A program made the translations under genes and the position numbers. Below the pieces are notes generated by a model. That model was not told where the DNA came from. It saw only the letters and a list, made by a program, of their open reading frames with translations, and did no database searches. A stretch of 64,000 nucleotides of DNA from an uncultured archaeon (GTDB lineage Archaea; Thermoproteota; Nitrososphaeria; Nitrososphaerales; Gagatemarchaeaceae): assembly GCA_963817525.1 (NCBI GenBank), contig CAWFOU010000007.1:384001-448000 (forward strand). The letters run 5' to 3'. This document shows positions 47,605 to 57,339 of the stretch, piece by piece; position 1 is the stretch's first letter, and every line of letters begins with the position of its first letter.

Positions 47605-49257
47605 TTACATTCCGGGCATGCCGCCCATTCCGCCCATCCCGCCCATGCCTCCGCCGCCCGCTCCGGGCGGTGGGGCCGACATCTTGCTGGACGCGATGAC
47701 GTCGTCGATCCTCAGGAGCATCGACGAGGCCTCGGTGGCGGCCTTTAGGATCTGGAGCTTGACCGCGAGGGGCTCGACCACGCCCTTCTGGAACATGTTC
47801 CCCACCTTGCCGTTGATGGCGTCGACTCCCGCCCACTTCTCGCCCTTGCCGTGCCTGGCCCTGAGCTCGACCTGCGTGTCGATTGGGTCCATGCCCGCGT
47901 TCTCCGCGAGGATGATGGGTATCACCTCGATGGCCTCGGCGAACTTCAGCGCCGCGAGCTGCTCGCGGCCGGTGAGCTTCTGCGCCCACTCCCTGACCTG
48001 GTAGGATACCTCGACCTCGGGCGCACCGCCTCCCGCCACGACGGCGGGGTTCTCGATGACGTCCTTGGTCACCATGATCGCGTCGTGCATCGACCGCTCG
48101 GCCTCGTCGACCACCCTCTGGGAGCCTCCGCGGACCAGGAGCGTCACTGCCTTCGGGTTCTTAGCGCCTTCGATGAAGACCCACTTGTCCTCCTCGACCT
48201 TCCTCTCCTCGGCGATCTTCGCGTGCCCAAGGTCCTTCGCAGAAAGGTCGTCAAGGTTGGTGACTATCCTCGCGCCGGTCGCCTTTGATATCTTGGTCAT
48301 GTCGCTCTCCTTCACGCGCCTCACGGCCAGGACCCCCGCCCTCGCGAGGTACTGCTGGGCGCTGTCGTCGATGCCCTTCTGGCAGACGAGCACGTTCGCC
48401 CCGGCGTCGACTATCTTCTGGACCATCCCCTTCAGGATGTTGCTCTCCTCGTCGAGGAACTCCTGCATCTGGCTTGGGTCGTTGATCCTGATCTCCGCAC
48501 TGAACTCGGTCTTCTCGATCTCGATGGGCGAGTTGATGAGTGCGATCTTCGCGCCTTCGATCTTCTTCGGCATCGCCGAGTGGACCACTTCCTTGTCGAG
48601 CGCGACTCCCGAGATGAGCTTGGTGTCCAGCATCGAGCCGCCGGGCTTCTTCTCTACCTTGATGTTGTCGATGTCCACCCTGTAGGTGCCGTCGGCCTGC
48701 TTCTCAGCGACCTGCGAGACCGCGTCTACGACGAGGCCCGCGAGGAACGGCGCGTCGTCAGAGACCAGCTTGGTCTGCATGCTGGTCGTCGCGACCTTGA
48801 TGAGGTCGGCGCGCGAGGTGGGGTCGATCTTCTCGGCGATCTTGTTGAGGACCTGCTCGGCCTTCTCGAGGGCCTTCATGTAGCCGTCCACTACCACGGT
48901 GGGGTGGACGTCCTGGTTGATGAGCTCCTCGGCCCTCTCGAGCAGGGAGCCGGCCAGGATGACACCGGAGGTGGTTCCGTCGCCCACTTCGTTATCGGTG
49001 GCCTTGCTAATCTCCACCATCATCTTGGCGGCGGGGTGCTGCACGTCGATCTCCTTGAGCATCGTCGCGCCGTCGTTGGTTATCGTGACGTCGCCGAGCG
49101 AGTCGACGAGCATCTTGTCCATGCCCCTTGGGCCTAAGGACGTCTTCACGAGCTCAGCAATGAGCTTCGCCGCCTGGATGTTGTTGCGCTGGGCGTCCCT
49201 TCCCTTGGACTCGGAGCTTCCTTCTTTTAGTATGATGTACTGAGGACCGTTCGACAT
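47605..49257 (-). CDS. ths: Thermosome (group II chaperonin) subunit
   Basis: SLGPRGMDKM, TNDGAT, GDGTTS, GGM tail. Confidence 0.97.
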   Translation of the reverse strand: MSNGPQYIILKEGSSESKGRDAQRNNIQAAKLIAELVKTSLGPRGMDKMLVDSLGDVTITNDGATMLKEIDVQHPAAKMMVEISKATDNEVGDGTTSGVILAGSLLERAEELINQDVHPTVVVDGYMKALEKAEQVLNKIAEKIDPTSRADLIKVATTSMQTKLVSDDAPFLAGLVVDAVSQVAEKQADGTYRVDIDNIKVEKKPGGSMLDTKLISGVALDKEVVHSAMPKKIEGAKIALINSPIEIEKTEFSAEIRINDPSQMQEFLDEESNILKGMVQKIVDAGANVLVCQKGIDDSAQQYLARAGVLAVRRVKESDMTKISKATGARIVTNLDDLSAKDLGHAKIAEERKVEEDKWVFIEGAKNPKAVTLLVRGGSQRVVDEAERSMHDAIMVTKDVIENPAVVAGGGAPEVEVSYQVREWAQKLTGREQLAALKFAEAIEVIPIILAENAGMDPIDTQVELRARHGKGEKWAGVDAINGKVGNMFQKGVVEPLAVKLQILKAATEASSMLLRIDDVIASSKMSAPPPGAGGGGMGGMGGMGGMPGM

Positions 49258-49283
49258 CTAATAATTCACTGACGCTATACAAC

Positions 49284-49727
49284 TTGGCGTTGTATATAAT
49301 CGTTGTGCGGGAACACCGAGGCGGGCCTTTTGCTTATCAACGGCCTGATTCTCGGTGGACGACGTTGGGTCTCTCGATTCCGGGGCTGGTCGAGGTGCGG
49401 CCCTGCTCGCACGGGAGGGGACTCTTCGCCTGCAGGGATTTCGGGGCCGGCAGCGTGATACGCGACTTCGAGGACATCGTCCTGACCGCTCGGTCGGGGA
49501 GGTACGCCCTGCAAATAGGTGAAAACGAATACTGGGACGGGTTTCCAAGGGGGAGCCGGGACTATTGGTCGAACTTCATCGACCACAGCGACCAGCCCAA
49601 CGCAGCCTTCGTCTTCGACGAAGAGAAGACCAAGGCCTGGCTCAACGCGGTGCGCCGGATACGGAAGGGGAGTGAGATCTTCATCAATTACGGGGACTAT
49701 CATCGCACGAACCCTACCACCTTCTGA
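49284..49727 (+). CDS. SET domain protein (start uncertain)
   Basis: HGRGLFA, NFIDHSDQPN, GSEIFINYG. Confidence 0.8.
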   Translation: MALYIIVVREHRGGPFAYQRPDSRWTTLGLSIPGLVEVRPCSHGRGLFACRDFGAGSVIRDFEDIVLTARSGRYALQIGENEYWDGFPRGSRDYWSNFIDHSDQPNAAFVFDEEKTKAWLNAVRRIRKGSEIFINYGDYHRTNPTTF

Positions 49728-49738
49728 GAGTACCGTGC

Positions 49739-50206
49739 TCAGGTCTCGTCGGACTTGGACATGAACGCGACGAAGGTCATGATGTAGTTGAAGCAATACA
49801 GCGAGATGCAGACTACGCAGTACACCCCGCCCAGGAGCCGGATTTCGATGTCCCAGGGATACAGGGTGAATATGTTCCCGACCATGAGGAAGGGGACAAG
49901 GACAGACCCGCGGGGGTTCCCGTACTTGCGTATCGCCCAGATGCCCACCACGAGACAGAGGGGGAACCAGACGACCCCATAGACCCAGAAGCTTATGCCC
50001 TCGTGCAAGCCCGGAATCGAGCCGGCGGGGGGGAACGTCGTATAGCCGCTCGCGAAGACGCTCGTGCAACTGAATGTGTGGTTGAAGCTGCAACTTCTAA
50101 GGCCGTTGATCGAGAACGTTAGTTCCCCGTAGGCGTGGTAGAACGCCACGGCGATGCCCATGACGGACAGCGCGATGAAGGACCTGGAGCGCCAATCGTA
50201 GGCCAA
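49739..50206 (-). CDS. VKOR family protein
   Basis: CSFNHTFSC..VFAS loop and CVVC motif; four TM helices. Confidence 0.85.
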   Translation of the reverse strand: MAYDWRSRSFIALSVMGIAVAFYHAYGELTFSINGLRSCSFNHTFSCTSVFASGYTTFPPAGSIPGLHEGISFWVYGVVWFPLCLVVGIWAIRKYGNPRGSVLVPFLMVGNIFTLYPWDIEIRLLGGVYCVVCISLYCFNYIMTFVAFMSKSDET

Positions 50207-50218
50207 CCTGGTAGTCGC

Positions 50219-51169
50219 CTACGTCCGCGTGTAGGGGTGGTCGGGGGCGAGCCTCGCCGTCTCTGGGGAGGCGGCGACGCCGAGGACCGAGTCCGAGGCG
50301 AGCTGGGAGGCGCCCGACGGCAAGGTCTTGGCGTAGCTCAAAGGGATGGCGGCAAAGCTCTGGGTGCACACGCTGGATGGCGCGCCGCCGTCAATCTTGC
50401 ATATGGCGCTGATAAAGTGGTTGGCGACCCCGTCGACGTTCTGGGCGATGACGCTGCTCTCGTTGTTGAGCTGGGAGGCTATCTGCGTCCAGTTGTAGGG
50501 AGCAGCGTCCTCGTTCTGATCGACCCTCAGGACCGCGGGGTTGTATGAGGCGCCGGATATGACGTAGGAGTTCCCAAAGTCTACGAACGGGATTCCCCCG
50601 GCGCTGTCGTAGGTGGTCAGCAGCGAAGTCTCCTGCGTGGTGGCCGTCTGCAGTGGGTTCTCGTTCCGGTCCTCCTGCTCGACCGTCACGAAGGCGATGT
50701 ACTTGCTCGTGTAGTTCGCGTTGACGAAGGTGAACGTCGGAGTGCTCGAGTAGACGTCAGTCGACGAGGACTGCATATACTCTATCCCGGTGAAGTTGCC
50801 GAACTTGTCCAGGGCGACTATCATCGCCCAGCGCTCCGCCCCGCAGTAGGGGCAGTATTCGGCCCCCATGTAGAGCACCTCGGGCTTGCCGTTGAGCGTG
50901 AGTTTCGTCCCGGCGGGGGTGATGGCCTTGGGCGGGGTAATAACCCCGGCTGGGCCCCCGCCGACCGCGTTGAGAGTGCTGGCGGACACTCCGGCCAGGT
51001 CGCTGAGCACGACCGGGGAGACCTGCGTGTTGTCCAGCGGGCTGCCAGCGGCCCCCACCGATTGGGTGAAAATGTAATACGCCACGACCGCGACGAGGAC
51101 CACGAGGGCTATGAATCCCCAGAGCCTGTAGTTCCGCTTGGAGCCGGGCCTCCTAGCCTTGCGACTCAT
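50219..51169 (-). CDS. DUF929 family thioredoxin-like membrane-anchored protein
   Basis: [21 protein letters not shown]; [10 protein letters not shown]. Confidence 0.85.
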   Translation of the reverse strand: MSRKARRPGSKRNYRLWGFIALVVLVAVVAYYIFTQSVGAAGSPLDNTQVSPVVLSDLAGVSASTLNAVGGGPAGVITPPKAITPAGTKLTLNGKPEVLYMGAEYCPYCGAERWAMIVALDKFGNFTGIEYMQSSSTDVYSSTPTFTFVNANYTSKYIAFVTVEQEDRNENPLQTATTQETSLLTTYDSAGGIPFVDFGNSYVISGASYNPAVLRVDQNEDAAPYNWTQIASQLNNESSVIAQNVDGVANHFISAICKIDGGAPSSVCTQSFAAIPLSYAKTLPSGASQLASDSVLGVAASPETARLAPDHPYTRT

Positions 51170-51227
51170 CTTTCTACGCCACCTTCTCCACGGCGTAATA
51201 TAACTTGTGGACGGGTCGGCTATGACG

Positions 51228-51785
51228 CTAGCGTCGGCGCGAGGGGCCCTTCGCGACGAGCACGTCCGTGGACTTTACGATCGCCTCCACATCGTCGCCC
51301 TCCTTCAGCGAGAGGTCCTCGACGGCATCGTTGGTGATTATCGATGTCACCGTGTTGGCCGAGACCAGGCGCATCTTCACCTGGGACGTAACCGCGCCCT
51401 GCTTCACCTCCACGACCTTCGCCCGCAGCCTGTTTCGGGCGCTCAGCCTGTAGCCGACGTCCTCCCAGGCCTCCCTGTCGTCGAGGACATCGAAGAGGAG
51501 CTTCCTCGTCTTCCTGAACTCCTTCAACAGCCCGGTCCCTTCCGCGGTCAGGGTGGCGCCGCCGCCGGTCTTGCCCCCTACTTTGGTCTCAACGAGGCGC
51601 CGGTGCAGCTTCTCCTCCATCACCTTCACGCGGTCCCAGGCGTTCCTGTACGAGATGCCGACGGCCTTGGCCGCCTCCGTGAGGGAGTGCGTCTCGCCGA
51701 TCCTCCTGAGGAGGAAGGCGTCGGTCTGGTCGAACATCACCTCCTTCTTGTCGTCTTCCATCCAGAGGCGGAAGGCGGGCTTCAA
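51228..51785 (-). CDS. modE: ModE-like regulator (HTH + TOBE/Mop)
   Basis: [34 protein letters not shown]. Confidence 0.88.
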   Translation of the reverse strand: MKPAFRLWMEDDKKEVMFDQTDAFLLRRIGETHSLTEAAKAVGISYRNAWDRVKVMEEKLHRRLVETKVGGKTGGGATLTAEGTGLLKEFRKTRKLLFDVLDDREAWEDVGYRLSARNRLRAKVVEVKQGAVTSQVKMRLVSANTVTSIITNDAVEDLSLKEGDDVEAIVKSTDVLVAKGPSRRR

Positions 51786-51852
51786 GTCTCCGGCGCTACT
51801 CGGCGTGGCCCCGCACCATCGCTCACGAGACTGGCCGGCTCGGTATAAACCG

Positions 51853-52365
51853 TTACGGCGGACAGAAATCGCTCGGGAACTGGATGGCGACGTCTGTGCC
51901 GTCCATCGTGACCGCCCCCGAGGCGTTCGAGCCTCCGACTCCGGCCGGGATCATGGTGTAGTTGTAGACGCCATCGGTCAGCAGGAACGTAATCGTCGCC
52001 AAGCTCGCGTTGTAGGTTGTCCCCGCGTCCTCGCCGGGAGTCATCGATTCGATCTCGTGGAGGCCGTTCGGCGGCTCGACCTCAGTCTCGTTCCAAGTCT
52101 GATTCTGAACGGTCACCGCCCACGGCGACCGGACGAACCCGCACGGAATCTCCTCCTGATGAAATATGAGAAACGAGCTACCCGCGAGGGAGCTGCTCGA
52201 AGTAACCTCGACGGTCTTGGTCTCGGTGGGCGTCGAAGTCGAGGCCGGACGCGAGTTCAGACTCTGCGCTTGAGAGTATTCGAGGGCCGCAACCGCCGCG
52301 AGGACCAGCGCCAGGGCTGAAAGAGCGACGGTCTGTTTCGCTATAGCGCTCCTCCGAGTCCTCAT
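51853..52365 (-). CDS. Secreted hypothetical protein
   Basis: N-terminal TM, Ser/Thr linker. Confidence 0.6.
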   Translation of the reverse strand: MRTRRSAIAKQTVALSALALVLAAVAALEYSQAQSLNSRPASTSTPTETKTVEVTSSSSLAGSSFLIFHQEEIPCGFVRSPWAVTVQNQTWNETEVEPPNGLHEIESMTPGEDAGTTYNASLATITFLLTDGVYNYTMIPAGVGGSNASGAVTMDGTDVAIQFPSDFCPP

Positions 52366-52420
52366 TTTGCCTAGAGAATCGAGCGCTCGCTCGCGCCTAA
52401 TAATCCCAGCGAAAGGTCGG

Positions 52421-53194
52421 CTATCTCCTCCTGATGTAGTGCCCCGCGAGAGCGATGGGCAGGGAGACGAGGATCATCACTGCGGAGGCGGTGACGGCCG
52501 CGTCGAGGCCTCCGGGGACAGCCCCGCTGAAGAGGGCGTAGATGGTGACCGAGGCCGGGCTCACGCCGTAGAACGGGTATTGGAGCACGTAGTATGCGAT
52601 TATCGAGATGGAGCCGAACTCGCTGAGCGCCCTGCTCATAGCGATGAAGGACGCGCTCTCGACCCCGGGGGCGGAGCTGGGGAGGACGACCGAGAGGAGC
52701 GTCCGGAAGCGGGAGGCGCCCATGCCCATGGCAAAGTCCTCCGGCCCGGGGTCCTTCGCCTCGAAGTACGGCTGCATCGCCTTCACGTAGATGGGCGCGG
52801 ACATGATGACCAGCGCGACCACCAGCCCGAGGACGGTGTTGTAGAAGTCAATCCCGAGGGCGTTCAGGAAAACCCCGGTCGGGGTGCGCGGGCTGTCGAG
52901 GATGACCAGGGCTACCCCGACGATGGGGTGGGGGATGCTGACGGGGACGTCAACGAGGGTCTCGGCGAGCCTGTCTCGCCCCCGCGCGAGGTAGTAGGCG
53001 AGCGGGGTGAAGAGCACGACGTCCACCAGCGCCGCGGTGGCCGACGAGACGAGGGTGAGCGCTATCGAGCGCAGGACGGCGTCGCTGTATCCAGCGGGGC
53101 TCCGCAGCGGCCCGAGGCCGTAGTAGAGGAGCACCACGACCGGGATGAGGAGGAGGAAGAGGGACGCCAGGGAGACGGCCCTTAGCCAGTTCAT
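52421..53194 (-). CDS. Molybdate/tungstate ABC permease (ModB/WtpB-like)
   Basis: PH.IVGVAL, MGASRFRT, RALSEFGS. Confidence 0.88.
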   Translation of the reverse strand: MNWLRAVSLASLFLLLIPVVVLLYYGLGPLRSPAGYSDAVLRSIALTLVSSATAALVDVVLFTPLAYYLARGRDRLAETLVDVPVSIPHPIVGVALVILDSPRTPTGVFLNALGIDFYNTVLGLVVALVIMSAPIYVKAMQPYFEAKDPGPEDFAMGMGASRFRTLLSVVLPSSAPGVESASFIAMSRALSEFGSISIIAYYVLQYPFYGVSPASVTIYALFSGAVPGGLDAAVTASAVMILVSLPIALAGHYIRRR

Positions 53195-53230
53195 CGCGAG
53201 GTCTGTGGGAGTGCCCCACTAAAGCCTAGT

Positions 53231-54346
53231 CTACGGTAGCGTCCCGCCGCTGACCACCACCCCTTGCGTGACCAGCTGCTGGATCGCTGCCGGCGGCGAC
53301 GCGCTTTCGTAGATCACGCACGGGCTCAGAGGCACAACGCCGAAGGTTGAGAGCGACTTTGCGTTCTGGACCACGTACTGGACGAACTCAAGGGCCTCGG
53401 CCGTGTTGACCGCGCTCTTCGGGATGGTGACCGATATGACTATCGCCGCCCCCTTGGTCGTCCCCGCGGAGTCCGTGTAGGAGAACTTGGCGTAGAGAGG
53501 GGCGAGGCTGGCGGTGCCCAGGTTCACGTGCGGGTCCAGGGTGATGTAGGGCAGGTCGCTGGAGACGGCGGCGGACTTGTAGGTGAACAGGAACTGTATG
53601 TCCCCGGCCTGGAGGGGCGCGACGAGGTCGGCCGCGCTCGCCGCAGTGACGTTGTCATGGTCGCTCAGGAGGATGCTTGTGTAGGCGCTCGAGTTGCCTC
53701 CCGAGTACAGGGATCCCGCAAGCTCGAGGGCGAGCCAGCCGCGGAGTCCGCCAGGATCTTGGCTCGGGTCCGAGATGCCCACCTTGACCGTGCCGGAGAC
53801 CAGGGCCGTGTAGAAGCTATTCCAGTCCGAGGTCGCGTTGGACTTTTCCGCCGTGTTCCCCAGGCTGATAATGTTGTTCGTGGCCGCGGTCTGAGTTGTC
53901 GAGTTCGAGTATGCAACGACCATCTGGTCCGTCGCGAACCCTATCGTCCAGCCGGCCGTGAGGTTGCCGAGGTACGCGGAAGAGGTGGCTGCGAGCGAGG
54001 AGGAGACAAAGACGTCGTCCGGAGCCCCAGCCTCTATCGATGACGCGTCCGCCGTGGAGCCTCCCGACTTGAGGGGGGCGACCTGCACTCCCGTAGTAGA
54101 GCCAAAGCCGTTTAGAAGGGAAGTGACCTCGGGCGCGTAGGCGTCCGCTGACCAGCTAATCAGGGGCCCCTCTGTGCTCGTGGAGGACGACATCATGGTG
54201 GACGAGGCGGTTATGCTCGTGGACGTGCTCTTGGGCGAGGTCACCAGGACGACGGCCCCGATCGCAGCCACCACGATGGCCACGGCGACGCAGGCCACCG
54301 CGATGTTGGTCGTGGTGCTCGAGACTCCCCTTCTTTGCATCTTCAT
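53231..54346 (-). CDS. Molybdate/tungstate ABC substrate-binding protein (WtpA/ModA-like)
   Basis: GGS, DVFVS, SDPSQDPGGLRG, YKSAA. Confidence 0.8.
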   Translation of the reverse strand: MKMQRRGVSSTTTNIAVACVAVAIVVAAIGAVVLVTSPKSTSTSITASSTMMSSSTSTEGPLISWSADAYAPEVTSLLNGFGSTTGVQVAPLKSGGSTADASSIEAGAPDDVFVSSSLAATSSAYLGNLTAGWTIGFATDQMVVAYSNSTTQTAATNNIISLGNTAEKSNATSDWNSFYTALVSGTVKVGISDPSQDPGGLRGWLALELAGSLYSGGNSSAYTSILLSDHDNVTAASAADLVAPLQAGDIQFLFTYKSAAVSSDLPYITLDPHVNLGTASLAPLYAKFSYTDSAGTTKGAAIVISVTIPKSAVNTAEALEFVQYVVQNAKSLSTFGVVPLSPCVIYESASPPAAIQQLVTQGVVVSGGTLP

Positions 54347-54353
54347 GATGAAT

Positions 54354-54377
54354 CGATATGCACACCTTTGCATAACG
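54354..54377. promoter_or_regulatory. Putative ModE box
   Basis: CGATATGCA-N6-TGCATAACG near-palindrome between divergent transporter genes. Confidence 0.65.
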
Positions 54378-54411
54378 CTATTTATCCTTTGGGAGAGGTA
54401 GTGCCGGGAGC

Positions 54412-55017
54412 ATGATCGACGCCGCTGTCAGGAAGAGCTACGGCGACTTTTCGCTCGACGCGGCGTTGAGCGACGGCGGCTTCATCTGCCTCGCGGGGAG
54501 GAACGGGGCGGGCAAGACGACGCTCTTGAAGATCGTCGCGGGCCTGGCCAAGCCCGACGGCGGGCACGTCAAGGTCGGCGGGAGGGACGTCACGGGCTTG
54601 GCGGTGGAGGACAGGGGCGTCGTGATGGTGACGCCTGGGTCGTCGATCCCCAGCCTGACGGTGGACGACCACCTGCGGTGGGGCGCCAGGCTGAAGGGGA
54701 TGGAGATAGGGGAGGAGAGGCTGGACGAGGTCAAGCGGGCTCTAGGGATCGACTTCCAGGGTCGGGCGGACCAGCTGAGCCTCGGCATGCGCGAGCGCGT
54801 ATCCCTCTCGACTGCCCTGCTCTCGATGCCGGCGGCGATCCTGGTGGACGAGGCCTTCTCCAACCTGCACGAGCGGGAGGGGTTCGTCTCGGCCTATCGC
54901 GAGCTGGCCGCCGAGGCGGGGATAGACGTGGTCTTCTCCACGCAGGACGAGTCGGACGGGAAGCCGGCCCAGCACCTATACTGGCTGGAGGAGGGAAAGG
55001 CGACTAGGAGGTTCTGA
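54412..55017 (+). CDS. ABC ATPase (ModC/WtpC-like)
   Basis: GRNGAGKTT, LSLGMRER, LVDEAFSNL. Confidence 0.85.
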   Translation: MIDAAVRKSYGDFSLDAALSDGGFICLAGRNGAGKTTLLKIVAGLAKPDGGHVKVGGRDVTGLAVEDRGVVMVTPGSSIPSLTVDDHLRWGARLKGMEIGEERLDEVKRALGIDFQGRADQLSLGMRERVSLSTALLSMPAAILVDEAFSNLHEREGFVSAYRELAAEAGIDVVFSTQDESDGKPAQHLYWLEEGKATRRF

Positions 55018-55022
55018 GGCGC

Positions 55023-55220
55023 TCAGACCTTTTGGGTCTGGGGCCTGAACTCGAAGCCGCACCTTATGCAGACGCGCCTTCCCGGGGCGTCGGAGACTAT
55101 CTGCTTGGTACCGCACTTCGGGCACTCCATCGGCGTCTGTGCAGGGGCGATTGAGACGCTGTGCTGTTCTCGCACCTTGTCTATTGCCTTTGCGTAAGCA
55201 TCACGGTGAGACCTTGGCAT
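55023..55220 (-). CDS. Small Zn-ribbon protein
   Basis: CPKCG...CIRCG. Confidence 0.7.
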   Translation of the reverse strand: MPRSHRDAYAKAIDKVREQHSVSIAPAQTPMECPKCGTKQIVSDAPGRRVCIRCGFEFRPQTQKV

Positions 55221-55294
55221 TCGATTACCTGAATCTGGCCCTTTTCCGCCCTGCTATAAGGCATCTGCATCGGCTCCGGTGGCCGCTGGTGGCT

Positions 55295-55984
55295 CTAGAT
55301 CCGGGCGAGCTCGGCGGGGGATATGTAGTCGAGCTCCCTCTCCCTCTGCTTGTAGTCGGGGCAGACCCTGGCGAGTTTCCTCTTGAATGCGGGCGAGTGG
55401 TTGAACTCCTCGAGGTGTGTCAGCTCGTGGAGGACGACGTACTCGCGCAGCCGCTCGGGGAGCGCGATCAGCTGCCAGCTGAAGGAAAGCCTACCACTCC
55501 TCGTGCAGTAGCCCCAGTTCTTGATCTCCCTGACGTCGGCCATCTTGTAGGCGGCGGGGAGTGTGGGGGCCAGCTCGGAGAGCTTCTTCATGACGTACCT
55601 GGAGGTCTCCCTCAGGAACCACCTCCTCACGAGCTCCCTCACCCTCGACCTCTCGCCTGCGCGGACCACTACCTTCCCTCCCTGCGTGTCGGGGAGTATC
55701 TCCTCCTTGTCGTACGCCTTCTCGTAGACTATCTCCAGGAACGCGCCTTCGAACATGACCCTTTGGTCGTCGAGGATCCTCTTCGTCTTCTGCATCTCCT
55801 CGTATTTCTTGAGAATCCAGTCCTGCCTCTGGCTTATCGCGGTGCTCGCGTCTCCCAGCCTCCCCCGCGGGAGGACGACCTCGAGGGTGAGGTCGGGCCT
55901 GAACCTGAAGTAGGTGTAGCGCCTGCTGGCGCCCCGCAGCACGAGGTACTCGATCCTCTTTCCGCCTATCTCCAGCGCCGGCAC
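55295..55984 (-). CDS. YgjP/DUF45-like zinc metallohydrolase
   Basis: WGYC, YVVLHELTHL..NHS..F. Confidence 0.88.
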   Translation of the reverse strand: MPALEIGGKRIEYLVLRGASRRYTYFRFRPDLTLEVVLPRGRLGDASTAISQRQDWILKKYEEMQKTKRILDDQRVMFEGAFLEIVYEKAYDKEEILPDTQGGKVVVRAGERSRVRELVRRWFLRETSRYVMKKLSELAPTLPAAYKMADVREIKNWGYCTRSGRLSFSWQLIALPERLREYVVLHELTHLEEFNHSPAFKRKLARVCPDYKQRERELDYISPAELARI

Positions 55985-56077
55985 GAAACCCTCGCAGTCG
56001 ACGGGGGAGTTTCATTTTAAGGCTGCGGCTCGGAATCCGTAAATCCAGGGCCGGGGCTCCAGACCGTCGGATTCTGA

Positions 56078-56671
56078 ATGAGTCCCAGGAGGGTCCTCCT
56101 CAGCATCGGTGTCGCCTGCCTCCTCGTGGGAGCGCTTGCGGGCTTTCTCTACGGCGTCGATTCGACGCCGACAAGGATTTCGACCTCGATCTCCACGACG
56201 AGGGTGACCGTGCCAGTGGTCCCGGACGCCTTTGGCCAAGTCGCCAGCAGCTACACAAACCATCTTCTCCTCCTCGACTCCAAGAACGCGTCGGCGCTCA
56301 CAGCGGGCTATGAGAGCAACGCGACAGTCGAGTGGAAGGGATATTCCGGTGGTTGCGATGGCAATTACACCGGACTGGAAGACGTTGATGGGTTGCTGGG
56401 CACGTTGGTTCGCGCAAACTATCTTCTCGTTTCTAACGAGACTCAGAACATAATGGCGGAAGGAAGCCATTGGGTCGTGACCTCAGAATTTGCCTTTGGC
56501 GGAAACGGTAGCGCGTCTGGCCCCTTTGAAGGAAACTTCCAAGGGACGATATCGGCGCAGGACTCTTACGTCCACGTGGGCAGCGTGTGGCTCATAGCAA
56601 GTGAAACATGGGATTTCACCTACTTCGTCTCTTCATTCATTGAGCAGGGAGGTTTCCCACCCGAATGCTAG
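56078..56671 (+). CDS. Membrane-anchored NTF2-like hypothetical protein
   Basis: Paralogue of 57340-57960 (YGVDSTPT, NATVEW, AQDSY, ETWDF). Confidence 0.7.
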   Translation: MSPRRVLLSIGVACLLVGALAGFLYGVDSTPTRISTSISTTRVTVPVVPDAFGQVASSYTNHLLLLDSKNASALTAGYESNATVEWKGYSGGCDGNYTGLEDVDGLLGTLVRANYLLVSNETQNIMAEGSHWVVTSEFAFGGNGSASGPFEGNFQGTISAQDSYVHVGSVWLIASETWDFTYFVSSFIEQGGFPPEC

Positions 56672-56826
56672 AGCCCACGAGCCTCGCGGAATCGAGCCGG
56701 ATTGAGACGGCCCACCGTGGCAAATCGGTGTGCATAACGCTACTAGGTGCGGTCTGTAAGACCTACTTGGTAAGTAAAAACTACTAGGTTTATATGCGGT
56801 ACTGGCACAGTAGTTGATGACAGAAA

Positions 56827-57243
56827 ATGACCGCAATCCTGGATCCTTTACTTCCGTACACCGGATACCTGGCACTGATACTGAGGGTGTGGGTCGGAGC
56901 GAACTTCGTCATCCACGCGCGCCCGAAGCTCAGTGGCATGCCGCAGACAATCCAGAGCATGAAGGGCCTCGGGGTTCCCGCCGGAGCGACATACGCCGCC
57001 ACCGCGCTGGAGCTCGTAGGAGGCGTGGCCCTCATCTTGGGGCTGCTGGTCCCCATAGTGGGCGGGCTCTTCGTCGTCTTCATGGTGGCGCTGTCCGTCA
57101 TGAAGAAGAGGAAGATGCACGCAGACTACATCGCCGTGGGAAAGCCGTCGTATGAGATCGACGCCCTCTACCTCGCCCTCGCTCTCGCCCTGGTGTTCCT
57201 CGGCGCCGGTGTGTTCTCCCTCGACGGGGCTCTTGGAATCTAA
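56827..57243 (+). CDS. DoxX family membrane protein
   Basis: LILRVWVG...H, ELVGG..LILGL, GAGVFSLD. Confidence 0.88.
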   Translation: MTAILDPLLPYTGYLALILRVWVGANFVIHARPKLSGMPQTIQSMKGLGVPAGATYAATALELVGGVALILGLLVPIVGGLFVVFMVALSVMKKRKMHADYIAVGKPSYEIDALYLALALALVFLGAGVFSLDGALGI

Positions 57244-57288
57244 GGCCGGGGTCTCCGGCCTTGGGCCTCGTCGAGGACCCATTTTTTT
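57242..57288 (+). terminator. Two hairpins followed by a T-tract after doxX
   Basis: AAGGCCGG-N5-CCGGCCTT, a second GC-rich stem, then T7. Confidence 0.55.
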
Positions 57289-57339
57289 ACAATCCGCGTG
57301 CTGCCGCGGGCATGTTTCGGCGTTCGATGCATCCGCTGT

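Noticed and set aside
56041-56061. AAATCCAGGGCCGGGGCTCCA resembling a tRNA 3' end
   Set aside because: No matching tRNA in the window, and it coincides with the expected promoter region of the next gene.
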